Position numbers and translations under genes: made by a program
The notes under the pieces: model-generated
Seen by the model: the letters and a program-made list of their open reading frames with translations, nothing else
Told to the model about the DNA's origin: nothing
Database searches by the model: none
Shown: positions 34,539 to 47,289 of the stretch, piece by piece
How positions within the stretch are numbered: the first letter of the stretch is position 1
How the letters are laid out: every line of letters starts with the position of its first letter
Assembly (NCBI RefSeq): GCF_023055435.1
Contig: NW_025964068.1
Coordinates: 3,782,001-3,846,000, forward strand
Length of the DNA stretch: 64,000 bases
Direction: 5' to 3'
Source of the DNA: Haliotis rufescens
Lineage: Eukaryota

Positions 34539-35198
34539 ATGGCGACAGTGAATGGAGACGAAGGGGGTGAGTCCCCACAACCTCATCTACCATGGGGTTT
34601 ATTTTGTGAACAGCATGCGAAGGCCGCAGCTCAGGAGTTTGTGCGATCCTTCCTCTTATATCAAAGGAGTTCCAGTTTAACGGACTCTCGGGACCCCTGT
34701 GATTATTCCCGAAAATTTGTGGAATGTTTTCAACGTCAATTCGCCCTTGAAATTCGTAGATCGTCTTTTGTGTTAGATCAGAGTGCTGAAGCCAAACTGA
34801 TTGTACCCGAGGAAACCCCCCCTCATGAAAATGGCTCGGCTGATTATACTGACCAGGACATACATCTCGAAGAGGCCAGCCCTTCCAAAAAAACACACAA
34901 AAGTCTACTACGCAGATTATCATTTAAAAACATTCGAAGAGGGAGATTATTTAAGCAATCTTCAGACGAGCTTGATGTATCTGACACTAATCACAGAAAA
35001 CACAAGCACAAACATGAGAAATCGAAACAAGGAAAATTGACGAGCAAATCCGAGGGACAAATCGAATTGAAAAAAGAGGGGGTTGTCCATGTTCTCAGCG
35101 GCGAGGATTCTAAAGGAAAATCCAAATGGGAGCGGACACGTTTAGTACTTCTCAAAACCACAGGAGGATATTTGCTGGAATTTTATTCACCCCCTAAG
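34539..35198 (+). CDS. SH2B: SH2B-family adaptor protein (SH2B1/2/3, Lnk ortholog), first coding exon
   Basis: WGLFCEQHAKAAAQEF...FVECFQRQF = phenylalanine-zipper dimerization domain; KEGVV...KWERTRLVL...LEFYSPPK = start of the SH2B PH domain; donor GTAGGC at 35199. Confidence 0.92.
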
Positions 35199-36787
35199 GT
35201 AGGCAGCGTATTGTGATGTAACCGGCTGTGTTTACCAGCGAGACCCGCATTCCTGGGGATATCGCGGCTGTTTACCCAACCGAGGTCGAGATGTCACAAA
35301 TCGGGTTAGGTTTATAACTGACATCGGTTCAAGACTGGGGTTTATTTTAAGGGCTGTTAATGTGTGCAAGCCTCCCGAATATTTGGAGGACCGCTTTTCC
35401 GTACACATCCCACATAAGTCAAGTCAATCTTGTCACTGCATGGGAGTTCTCCCGGATAGGTCGATATTGGCATTCATGGCAGCGGGGCTTCGTCATTCAC
35501 AACTCTGCCATTGTCCAATAATCAAATTTACTCGAGTACAACCGACTTTGACCGTGGTCCCTGTTTACTGTGTTAATCCGAATGGGAACGATATTGTCTG
35601 GCTAAACACCACAATTGATAACACATTCCTATAGGCTGATGGGTGCGCCCCACGGGGCATAGATCAGCTGTTTTTCAGCAGGCATGTTGTCAAATATCGT
35701 GGCCTGGGCTGTTTGTCATCCCATCAAGACAAAATTATTATGTCAATTTTCAACAGCTTGAAACATTGGTTTCATTCTTCAATGCTAATGCATGTAATGG
35801 CAGGATTTGATGTGGTCCAGGGTGGTTTATGGGAGCTTTGCTACATAGTAAATGATTATACTGTTCACATTGTTATGTGAAACAATGTTGAAAATGTCAC
35901 AACATTAACATTATGCAAACTATTTTTATTGTACAACAATGCTCTCTTTGGTTCAATATTTTTATCATCAACTATTAGTTATATATTTATGTACTGGTAA
36001 TGCTTTGTTGCATTGTCTTTCATGGTTGTAAATATGTGCATATTTTCAAACAGGCAAAACAGTACTGTTTATTCATCTTATGCTACAATCAAGCATTATT
36101 ATAAGCCGCTTTTCAGAATATGTCCGATAAGGTGATTCTGAAACATTCTGCTTAGTGATGTTAATTGAACCCAGTTATGACTTACTCTAATTGGTCTGTT
36201 TTTATTTATTTACATGCTTCTGAAACTCTTTTAGTTGGTGTTTCAGCCGCGAAGTGTTAATCACTGGTACACTGTAGTTGTTACATACTATTGACTACTT
36301 GGCTTTTTAACACTTGCCTCGAAAGGCTGCATCAAATCTTATAGTAAAAATTAAAGATTTCCTTATTCTGCAAGATTTTATTATCAATAATTAATGTTGT
36401 AGTTTTGCAAATGTTACTTGTATTTCACTATGACAGGACCAATAAAAAGGAAGGGGCTTTGAGGCTTGATTACTTCACTGAATGTGATAGAAATATCCTC
36501 TGAATATATGAAAAAAGAAAATCCCAAAATAATTCTTAACCTTATTTGCCTGCCAGGGACATTTTAAACTCCAAGATACATCTGTGACTTGTTATATTTT
36601 AGTTGTTACAGGGTTTGTATTGGGAATAATTTCGTATATTTGGGGAAGGATACCATTAAAGGGACCACATGGTCAATCACCATTTAGGAGATATTGTTAA
36701 TTGGATGATTAATGTTTGTGTGCTGTATGAGTGAAACAATGCTTAATTGACAGGGCACTACATCATCAGTTTTAAAGCTATTCAGTT

Positions 36788-36991
36788 CAGTTTTTGGTTA
36801 TTTTGGAGAGATGACATAGTGGATTATGAATCCACTCTTCTAATTAATACGGCCATATAGCCTCCCCATTTATTTAAACATCTCCTGAACAGTTTTGGTT
36901 ATTTTGGAGGGATGACATAGTGGATTATGAATCCACTCTTCTAATTAATACGGCCATATAGCCTCCCCATTTATTTAAACATCTACTGAAC
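36788..36991 (+). repeat. ~101-bp tandem duplication
   Basis: Two near-identical units, each with hairpin agtggatt-atg-aatccact. Confidence 0.88.
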
Positions 36992-38448
36992 AAAAACATT
37001 AGGGATCATGAATGTTTTGGGGGATATTATGAAATTGCGTGCTAAGTCTTTGGTGCGAAAACATATCCCTAGAAATATTCCTGACCCTGAACTTTTCTGT
37101 TCAGCCTATATGTTATTGACTGATCCCAAAAGATTGGATAATATGCTTGCTCACTCCACTCCTTAAACATTTATAAGATAACAAAGCACAGTTTGACTGA
37201 ATGTCATGACTTGGGGACAGGACAAAGTAAAATATACATGGAAATGTTTCACATATTTATATTGTCTCGGTCATGTGATATTCTAGGAATTTTATTACCA
37301 ATATTATACTCCTAATACTTGAGTAGTTTGTAATTTTCATTTATGTGTGAAAATGAGAAATCTTTCAGCTGTCTGACATTTGGCTGTAAATAGTCGAGTC
37401 TGGACCAGGCACCCAGTGATTGATATTATGGGATATTATCAACAACATTGGGTACAATGACATGGTGTCAACCAAGTCACTGAGCATGACCACCCCATCT
37501 GTTTAGTTGTCTTTCACCATGTTCACGACAAGCCTATGAAGTAATTTAAAAAAACAAGACAGATGGGCAGGTGACCAATAAGTGTGGCCCACTTTAAGAC
37601 ATTATGAATATTGAAAAATCTTTAAAAAAGAAAGACACAAATCATGTCTTGATTCAGTTGAAATAATGAAAGCAATTACTCGATAATCTACAAGGAGTTA
37701 TGATAAAATTGAATATGTAAGTAGTCTTCAAATGTTCTGCCAGACAGTCAGGCAGGTGGAGGGAAGCGTCATGCAGCCTGACAAATGTTTCCAGACATGG
37801 GCAGAGAGGCAGGCAGGCAGGCACGCAGGCAGGCAGGCAGTTATTTTGGACACTGTTGAGGACCTATATTCTTATCTGGGATCCACACAATGTAGGAATA
37901 TTATTCTATTGAGCTTTGTTGCAGCACTTGGAGCCAGAAAGAGTGTAGTGAATGCTGCTTTAGCAGAGATTAATCTGGGATTCCAAACATATTGCCCTTG
38001 GCATTCAAACTGGGAAAAACAGATAATTATTCTCATATTAGGAGGTAATTTAACACTGCATTCAATGCAATAGTGTTAAACTAAGCACTAAAGCCTTTTA
38101 GATCCTCTTTATTGCCTGTGCATGTTATCAGTGAAATACGAGTCACCTATACAAGGCCTTAACATTGGTTATCATTGGTTAGAACTCTATGAATTGGGAA
38201 AATTTGTAATTCCAAATAGGGAAGTTGTATTTACCTGGGGTCCATAGTCGGCCTCGGAGCAAGTCTAGACAAATCCGCGTTTGGTGCAAGGTATTTCATG
38301 TCGTCAGTCGTCAGTATTGATGCTGGAGCAGTATCATTGCAGCCTGAAGATAATGAATTCTGTACCAGATAAACCAGTGGTTGATAGCATAAGCAAGCAG
38401 TTCCTGCAGTCAGGATATGATGTTACAAACAAGATGGTTCGTACTGAA

Positions 38449-40118
38449 GAGCTATTCTGTCTTGTAACAGTCATGGAGAGTTATCATGGTTATTGTGTCT
38501 TGTAACAGTCATGGAGAGCTATTGTGTCTTGTGACAGTCATGGAAAGCTATTGTGTCTTGTGACAGTCATGGAGAGTTATTGTGTCTTGTGACAGTCATG
38601 GAAAGCTATTGTGTCTTGTAACAGTCATGGAAAGCTATTGTGTCTTGTGACAGTCATGGAGAGTTATTGTGTCTTGTAACAGTCATGGAGAGTTATTGTG
38701 TCTTGTAACAGTCATGGAGAGCTATTGTATCTTGTGACAGTCATGGAGAGTTATTGTGTCTTGTAACAGTCATGGAGAGCTATTGTATCTTGTGACAGTC
38801 ATGGAGAGTTATTGTGTCTTGTGACAGTCATGGAGAGCTATTGTGTCTTGTGACAGTCATGGAGAGTTATTGTGTCTTGTAACAGTCATGGAGAGCTATT
38901 GTGTCTTGTAACAGTCATGGAGAGTTATTGTGTCTTGTAACAGTCATGGAGAGCTATTGTGTCTTGTAACAGTCATGGAGAGCTATTGTGTCTTGTAACA
39001 GTCATGGAGAGCTATTGTGTCTTGTAACAGTCATGGAGAGCTATTGTATCTTGTGATAGTCATGGAGAGCTATTGTGTCTTGTAACAGTCATGGAGAGCT
39101 ATTGTGTCTTGTGACAGTCATGGAGAGTTATTGTGTCTTGTGACAGTCATGGAGAGTTATTGTGTCTTGTAACAGTCATGGAGAGTTATTGTGTCTTGTA
39201 ACAGTCATGGAGAGTTATTGTGTCTTGTGACAGTCATGGAGAGTTATTGTGTCTTGTAACAGTCATGGAGAGCTATTGTGTCTTGTGACAGTCATGGAGA
39301 GTTATTGTGTCTTGTAACAGTCATGGAGAGCTATTGTGTCTTGTAACAGTCATGGAGAGTTATTGTGTCTTGTAACAGTCATGGAGAGCTATTGTGTCTT
39401 GTAACAGTCATGGAGAGTTATTGTGTCTTGTAACAGTCATGGAGAGCTATTGTGTCTTGTGACAGTCATGGAGAGTTATTGTGTCTTGTGACAGTCATGG
39501 AGAGTTATTGTGTCTTGTGACAGTCATGGAGAGTTATTGTGTCTTGTAACAGTCATGGAGAGCTATTCTGTCTTGTAACAGTCATGGAGAGTTATTGTGT
39601 CTTGTGACAGTCATGGAGAGCTATTGTGTCTTGTAACAGTCATGGAGAGCTATTGTGTCTTGTGACAGTCATGGAGAGTTATTGTATCTTGTGACAGTCG
39701 TGGAGAGCTATTGTGTCTTGTAACAGTCATGGAGAGCTATTGTGTCTTGTAACAGTCATGGAGAGCTATTGTGTCTTGTGACAGTCATGGAGAGTTATTG
39801 TGTCTTGTGACAGTCATGGAGAGTTATTGTGTCTTGTGACAGTCATGGAGAGCTATTGTGTCTTGTGACAGTCATGGAGAGTTATTGTGTCTTGTGACAG
39901 TCATGGAGAGTTATTGTGTCTTGTGACAGTCATGGAGAGTTATTGTGTCTTGTGACAGTCATGGAGAGCTATTGTGTCTTGTGACAGTCATGGAGAGTTA
40001 TTGTGTCTTGTGACAGTCATGGAGAGCTATTGTGTCTTGTAACAGTCATGGAGAGTTATTGTGTCTTGTAACAGTCATGGAGAGCTATTTTGTCTTGTGA
40101 CAGTCATGGAGAGCTGTT
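38449..40118 (+). repeat. 29-bp minisatellite
   Basis: Unit catggagag(c/t)tattgtgtcttgt(a/g)acagt, about 57 copies. Confidence 0.96.
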
Positions 40119-40121
40119 GTG

Positions 40122-42553
40122 TATGGTATACTGTTATGATTATATGTTCTATAGCAGCATATATACTTTATACAGGGTGAGAACTATGGTATACTGTTAT
40201 GATTATATGTTCTATAGCAGCATATATACTTTATACAGGGTGAGAACTATGGTATTTGTATGATTATATGTTCTATAGCAGTATATATACATTATACAGG
40301 GTGAGAACTATCGGAAACTGTTATGATAATATGTTCTATAGCAGTATATATACATTATACAGGGTGAGAACTATGGTATACTGTTATGATTATATGTTCT
40401 ATAGCAGTATATATAGATTATACAAGGTGAGAACTATCGGAAACTGGTATGATAATATGTTCTATAGCAGTATATATACATTATACAGGGTGAGAACTAT
40501 GGTATACTGTTATGATTATATGTTCTATAGCAGCATATATACTTTATACAGGGTGAGAACTATGGTATTTGTATGATTATATGTTCTATAGCAGTATATA
40601 TACATTATACAGGGTGAGAACTATGGTATACTGTTGTGATTATATGTTCTGTAGCAGTATATATACATTATACAGGGTGAGAACTATGGTATTCTGTTAT
40701 GATTATATGTTCTATAGCAGCATATATACTTTATACAGGGTGAAAACTATGGTATACTGTTATTATTATATGTTCTATAGCAGTATATATACATTATACA
40801 GGGTGAGAACTATGGTATACTGTTGTGATTATATGTTCTGTAGCAGTATATATACTTTATACAGGGTGAGAACTATGGTATACTGTTGTGATTATATGTT
40901 CTATAGCAGCATATATACTTTATACAAGGGGAGAACTATGGTATACTGTTATGATTATATGTTCTATAGCAGCATATATACTTTATACAAGGGTAGAACT
41001 ATGGTATACTGTTATGATTATATGTTCTATGGCAGTATATATACATTATACAGGGTAAGAACTATAGGAGACTGTTATGATTTTATGTTCTATGGCAGTA
41101 TATATGCTTTATACAGGGTGAGAACTATGGTATACTGTTGTGATAATATGTTCTATAGCAGTATATATACATTATACAGGGTGAGAACTATAGGAGACTT
41201 ATGATTATATGTTCTATAGCAGCATATATACTTTATACAGGGTGAGAACTATGGTATACTGTTATGATTATATGTTCTATAGCAGCATATATACTTTATA
41301 CAGGGTGAGAACTATGGTATACTGTTGTGATTATATGTTCTATAGCAGTATATATACTTTATACAGGGTGAAAACCAGGGGTCCGGAAATCATCATATGC
41401 GCCGGACATGTCTGATTGGGAATCTCAAATGTCTGGTTTAGAATATTGCTTACCGGACATTTAAATTTTTATGTCCGGACATTCTTAAATTTTGACTGGA
41501 CATGATCAACAGTTAGGACTGAGCAGTTTCTGTCTGCAGTTGTAACACAATGAAGATTATCTATACTGACAAGCTTTGTTTGTTTTGATTGCTGTAAATA
41601 CATCGTACCTACATGATAGTCCAAGTGGTCAATCACTGTAATAGGCAATAAACTGAGTTGACACTGATTAATCGAGGATTAATTACTGAGAACATCGTGT
41701 TAATTTGAGTGAAAGGTGTTTACAACTGTACATAAATACCTTGCATCATCGATGTACCTCATTATCCTCACAATGCTACGATATGTAACCTCAGACAAGA
41801 AGCGAAAGCGTGACGACAGCCAGTTGACCGATGCAGATCAGTCAAAAGGATCTGCCAAACCCTCAAAGTCTGGACGATTATTTTGTAAGTCGTGGCTAAC
41901 GACTTTCACTTGGTTGACATACAATATTTTATTGTTTTCAGTAGAGCTAGTCGTATATTGAATCTTGATTGACCGCCATTTTGCTTTCTGTGACGATCGA
42001 TATCATTTTTTTTATGGTCAATAATTAAGTACACATGAAAAAAGTATTCAAATAACTATTGCTATCAACAATATTTTAGTATTTGTGATTATATTATGTC
42101 TTGTTTTTAAATAATCATTAGTTTTAAAAAAACCCACTTTTCCCGTGAGGTCACGTGATAACCAAATATGGGATAATAGTCTCGATCCAAATGTTACAAC
42201 GCGTACACTTGAGCAGATATAACTCATGAATATTAATTAGACCGTTCACTACGTTAACAGATCGTTATTATAACAGAAACAAACATATGTTTTCCATGTA
42301 TATCTAAAATGATATTATTTGTTAATAATTGTCCGGTGAATTAAACAATTGAAATTGAAATAATTCATCATATTATGAATACGTAACAACTTGTAATGTG
42401 TGTGAAAAGTCGTACTAAAATATGCTATTTGAAGGGGGCGTCGCATAAATGCAAATGTCCGATTGGGATTTCAAATTTTCCGGACCCCTGGTGAGAACTA
42501 TGGTATACTGTTGTGATTATATGTTCTATAGCACTATAGATATACGATACAGG
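40122..42553 (+). repeat. 63-bp minisatellite interrupted by a hAT element
   Basis: Unit tatggtatactgttatgattatatgttctatagcagcatatatactttatacagggtgagaac, about 20 copies, resuming at 42491. Confidence 0.95.
41376..42490 (+). mobile_element. Non-autonomous hAT DNA transposon
   Basis: Perfect 14-bp TIR caggggtccggaaa; 8-bp TSD gtgaaaac/gtgagaac; internal remnant from ATG 41773, KKRKR...RLFCKSWLTTFTWLTY, like hAT transposase N-termini. Confidence 0.9.
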
Positions 42554-43246
42554 CTACTCAGTGTGTTCACACCATTGTTTGTTTGTGCTGTGATAAGACA
42601 CCTTGGGACAGCAGGATGTAGATGAGTCTCAGATACAGGATGTGTGATGCAGGCTATCTGTACGAGTCCGTTGTTGCTGCTGCAGCAGGTTGATGCGGAT
42701 ATACCTAAAAAGGATTAGGTGGTCAGGCTCAGTGGTTGATTGCGTGTCATTGAGCCCTGATGGAGTGGGCTGTTGCTCATAATATCAGTCACTGGTTTGT
42801 CCTGTCCGGATGGGATTATTTACAGGCCGTTGTAGCTGTTTTATTGCTGACTGTGGTGTAACAAACAAACAAGTAAAACTGTAGCTACCAGACAGGTCCC
42901 TGTTAGAATTGCTGCTTCATGGGTGTTAACAGTGTAGTTTTATACATTACTGAACTAGTCCCCCTTAAAGACTTTTTTTCTGTATTTTCAGAATATATTA
43001 AATATCAAGTGTAGTTATATATTTATGACTCACTTATACTTTTTCTACTGTTATCTAAATTCAACCTAGAGACAATGATGTTGCTGGTAAATGTGGGGTA
43101 TCAGTACAGTATTAATTATTTATCTCAGTGATATCTGTTCTATGTGATATCCAATCGAGAGTGATATCTATTTCTGCTTTGGTGATAATGTTCAGTGTGA
43201 TATCAGTTCACTTCAGTGATATGTGTTCAGTGTTCCTCTGGGGGAA

Positions 43247-43412
43247 GGGGCGGTCGGGTAGCCTAGTGGTTAAAGCGTTCGCTCGTCACGCCGAAGACCT
43301 GGGTTCGATTCCCGACATGGGTACAATGTGTGAAGCCCATTTCTGGTGTCCCCCGCCGTGATATTGCTGGAATATTACTAAAAGCGGCGTAAAACTATAC
43401 TCACTCACTCAC
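43247..43412 (+). mobile_element. Family A tRNA(Asp-like)-derived SINE, near intact
   Basis: A-box TAGCCTAGTGG, anticodon-like GTC loop, B-box GGTTCGATTCC; 13-bp TSD tcctctgggggaa at 43234-43246 and 43413-43425. Confidence 0.93.
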
Positions 43413-43972
43413 TCCTCTGGGGGAATGGTGAAGCCTTGATTGTATGATCTTGACTTTGCTGAGCATTTGCCCTGAAAGTTCTGGTACCATATGTATAATG
43501 CAATACTTTTAAAATAATATCATGAAATATTGCGAATATATCCTAATTTTGATATAACCGAGAAAAGTGAAAGTGGGTCCTATTTTAGAATCATTTGTTA
43601 ATACATGTATCAGATGTTATTTTTCTAAACACAAATATGATTAATTGAATACTAGAAATACGATATTGCTTAATATCAATCAATGCCAGTTTGTAGATAA
43701 TTTTGATAAAGGTTTGTATTGATACTGAATGAAATTTGATTTTCATATAAAACGTTTGATAATACACTGGTGCATTGTTGCATTGTAACAGTCTCGAGAG
43801 CTTTGATGCAGATGCCCCTCCATCGATTTCTATAGTTATATCATGGATGATTGTTTATCAGATCAAGTGACAAATGTCAAACATTATTTCAACCAAATAT
43901 TGTTGAACATACAAATTGTTTTGTAAGTTTTACCTGTAAACAAAATTTTTCTGCCCATCAATATGAATGGCC

Positions 43973-44338
43973 TTCACCTTCCTTGTGTAATGAGATCGGC
44001 TGTGGGATATTTTATGTCTCCTGCTCACATCCCAGTTAGGTTCGCTTGATTCACCTTCCTTGTGTTACGAGATCGGCTGTGGTGTAGGATATTTTATGTC
44101 TCCTGCTCACATCCCAGTTAGGTTCGCTTGATTCACCTTCCTTGTGTTACGAGTTCGACTGTGATGTAGGATATTTTATGTCTCCTGCTCACATCCCAGT
44201 TAGGTTAGCTTGATTCACCTTCCTTGTGTTACGAGTTCCGACTGTGATGTAGGATATTTTATGTCTCCTGCTCACATCCCAGTTAGGTTAGCTTGATTCA
44301 CCTTCCTTGTGTTACGAGATCGGCTGTGATGTAGGATA
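43973..44338 (+). repeat. ~82-bp tandem repeat, about 4.5 copies
   Basis: ttcaccttccttgtg recurs at 43973, 44050, 44132, 44214 and 44297. Confidence 0.92.
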
Positions 44339-44940
44339 CCTTTAGGTAATAGCATGAAAGGTTTTGTTTTTTTGATAAATGTGTTGTTTTACTGGTTCAG
44401 ATTCTTTTATCAATCTTGATTTTCTTCCTGGTTAGTGTGCATGCATTGTTGGGAATACTAGTTGGAGTAGATCCCCGGTGGTACAAGGGCACCAGGTGGT
44501 ACAGCTCTGTCAATGATTGTGTGTCATCATAACATGTAACGCTAGTCTTGCATCATGCTCTCATCCACTGGTTTTGTTGGCCAAGACTTGACTGTTGACA
44601 GATTGCTGTTGTATACATGGAATGCTGCCAGCTCACAGTGGTCAAAAACAGCAAACCCAACACAAACAATATGGCATCAGATACAATGTTGGAATCTGTG
44701 TTTGTGGACTGTCCAAATGACCTTTACTATTATGGGAAATAAATATGTACAATGTAACCCAATGATGTATGCCACAGTGATGCATGTTTGTACACCATGT
44801 CATGTACATGGTGGAATAGTCCAGTGATGTTTCTGGAGACAAGTGACATTGAACACTTTTTTGAGTTTTGAAAGGACATTTTTCTGCATCATACCGAGTT
44901 TGAAAAGAATCATGCAGAAGACATGGGTACAATGTGTGAA

Positions 44941-45144
44941 TTCCTGCGATGATCCGGACTAGAACTGGTCTTCAGCTTGTTGTAAAGAGGCGACTGGTGG
45001 GATCGGGTGGTCAGACTCGCTAACTTGGTTGATGCATGTCATCGTAACCCAGTTGCATAAATTGATGCTCATGATGTCAACCACTGGATTGTCTGGTCCT
45101 GACCCGATTATTTACAGACGTTAAGCAACAAGCAAACAAACAAA
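44941..45144 (+). mobile_element. Family B SINE inserted into a family A SINE relic
   Basis: 12-bp TSD acaatgtgtgaa at 44929-44940 and 45145-45156, which is family A core sequence. Confidence 0.85.
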
Positions 45145-46624
45145 ACAATGTGTGAAGCCCATTTGTGGTGAGTTAAACCATACTCACTCACTCTGAACAT
45201 TTGTACTGGTAATTTTCTCAGAATCCGTACCAGTCTGATGAAAGCTGTAATGATCTGTGACAGCAGCTATTGTAGACTCTGTTATTGAGGAATTCTGTCA
45301 GTCAACAATTGTGGAGACAAATTGCAGAATCTGCCCATTTTGTGTGATCAATACTCTATTACAGCACATTGTGGTGGAATGTTGTCAGACGGACAATCTG
45401 GATGAGGGAATTCTAGATATGCAAATTTATATCTGAAATGAAATTATACAATGATTTTTAGGTCATTTTCAAAGTTAATCTGCATGGTTTTGGTAAGATG
45501 GAAATGAAGTTTCTGTAAGGCATATAGTCACAAAAATATGTACAACTTGTACCACGTTAATTTTGGTCATTTTTCATATCTACACAGTATCTAGCAGAAT
45601 TTCATTCAGAATTAAGAAAAAATATAATACAATTTACAGAATGTTACAAAGAAATACTTCAATACATGAATAAGTCACTACACTTATTTTGTGACAGTGA
45701 TTCTGTAGCTGACATGAGTGAAGATTGTGATATGTGATGTAAGATGTATGTTATATGGTTACATTTCACTTCCTTGTACACAGTACATCAAGTCTAAGCC
45801 TGCTACTTCAAGTTACAACCAACCTGGGTCATACAGGCTGTTGACTGAGTGCTTCTTGGTTACAGCAGTTCTCACAAGTTATGTGATGAGCATTCCCCGC
45901 GTGTTGTAACACAGGAGGTGTAGAGTGACTGGTGAGTCAGCCCAGGTATACATACACCTGATACCAGGCTGGCCGCCATCGCCATGCACTGGAGCACCAT
46001 GATGAATGGCCTGTTGTGATCACTTAGATTGATGAATAATATGTCCCAGGTATTTGTCATATTTGGCTCCCCTGGGATTCTGACACACTATCAGTGGCAT
46101 GCTGTGTCCAAAGTCAGAATTCAGTGCCAAAAAAAATAGTTGTTAAAATTGTGGCTGAGCAGAACTTAATTATTTGTTTTTAAATGTAAAGAGCATGACA
46201 CTTTTAGGAACAAGAGAGTTACTTTAACAAACCTTCCTGAGATCACCAAATGTGTATTATAGCACCCTTAGATATTTAAAAGGATGTTCAAATTGACAAG
46301 TAGCTCATTGAATTTTGTGCTCAATAGAATAATGTAAAAAGACAATCAATTATGATTGCTGCATGTGATGTAGTGCAATTATGTATGTAGTTTTAAGTGG
46401 CTTCTAGCTGTGTTGGCAAAGTCCACATGATCTGGTGTCTGCTTCAGTTACAACATACCAAGAATAGTTCAGCTACTTCACCAGAAACATGTTATTCCAC
46501 ACTTGTCCACACACCTACAGCAAAAAGTATCATGAGGGACCGCCACAATTCTGTCTTTATCATATATTTATAACGAAGGAAAGGAGTGATTGGTTTCAAT
46601 ATTAAACACTACGTCATGCACATA

Positions 46625-46765
46625 CAGTGTTTGAAATTAAGAAGGAACGTCAGGGGAGGCTCCCTTGTCAAAGCCCTAATCTTAATAAGGGTCCCTGGTT
46701 TGAGGTAAGGTAGGAGCAAACATCAGAGACCCAGGACCTAGGAGAATCCTCATCTTCAAACACTG
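46625..46765. mobile_element. Short MITE (hAT-like termini)
   Basis: Perfect 11-bp TIR cagtgtttgaa / ttcaaacactg; no clean TSD. Confidence 0.55.
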
Positions 46766-47289
46766 GCATGTCTTCATACCAAACTCCCAACTAGCAATGT
46801 TGACTTTGCTGGTCTAACAACTTGGTGATGTATGTCAATCTGGAAGTTAATTATTCCACTGATTACGTCTGCCATTACATGTGAGTTTGTTGCCTGGAAC
46901 AGTAAACACCATTCACTTGTTCAGTACACACTGTGGTTGCTTGGTCATGTAGTGTTTCATGTTCCTGGTGATTGTGGAGGGCTTGATAATGTCTTGAAAT
47001 AGAAGGGCGGGTGTGGATATTTTAATTTAAGCTTAAGTCCAACCAGGAAGTAAAAGTCCTTTTCATGTTATGTTTGAGGTAAATGTTTAATCACACTGTC
47101 AAAACTTGGTGACCCAAATGATAAAAGGTAGTCAACCACAGATCACATTCACCAACATGTGACTTGAAAGGTATTACATTGAGACATGACTGGTGTTTGA
47201 CACTGTGTGAACTGTTGAACATTGTGATGTGTGTGAAGTACACCACAGTCAGTACCCTGAAAAAAATCCATGTTTGGACCAGGCCAAAC

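Noticed and set aside
43247-43320. Possible tRNA-Asp gene (also at 3400, 31728, 50900, 30090)
   Set aside because: Acceptor stem is incomplete and the sequence continues into a SINE body with tail and, in most copies, TSDs; these are SINE heads.
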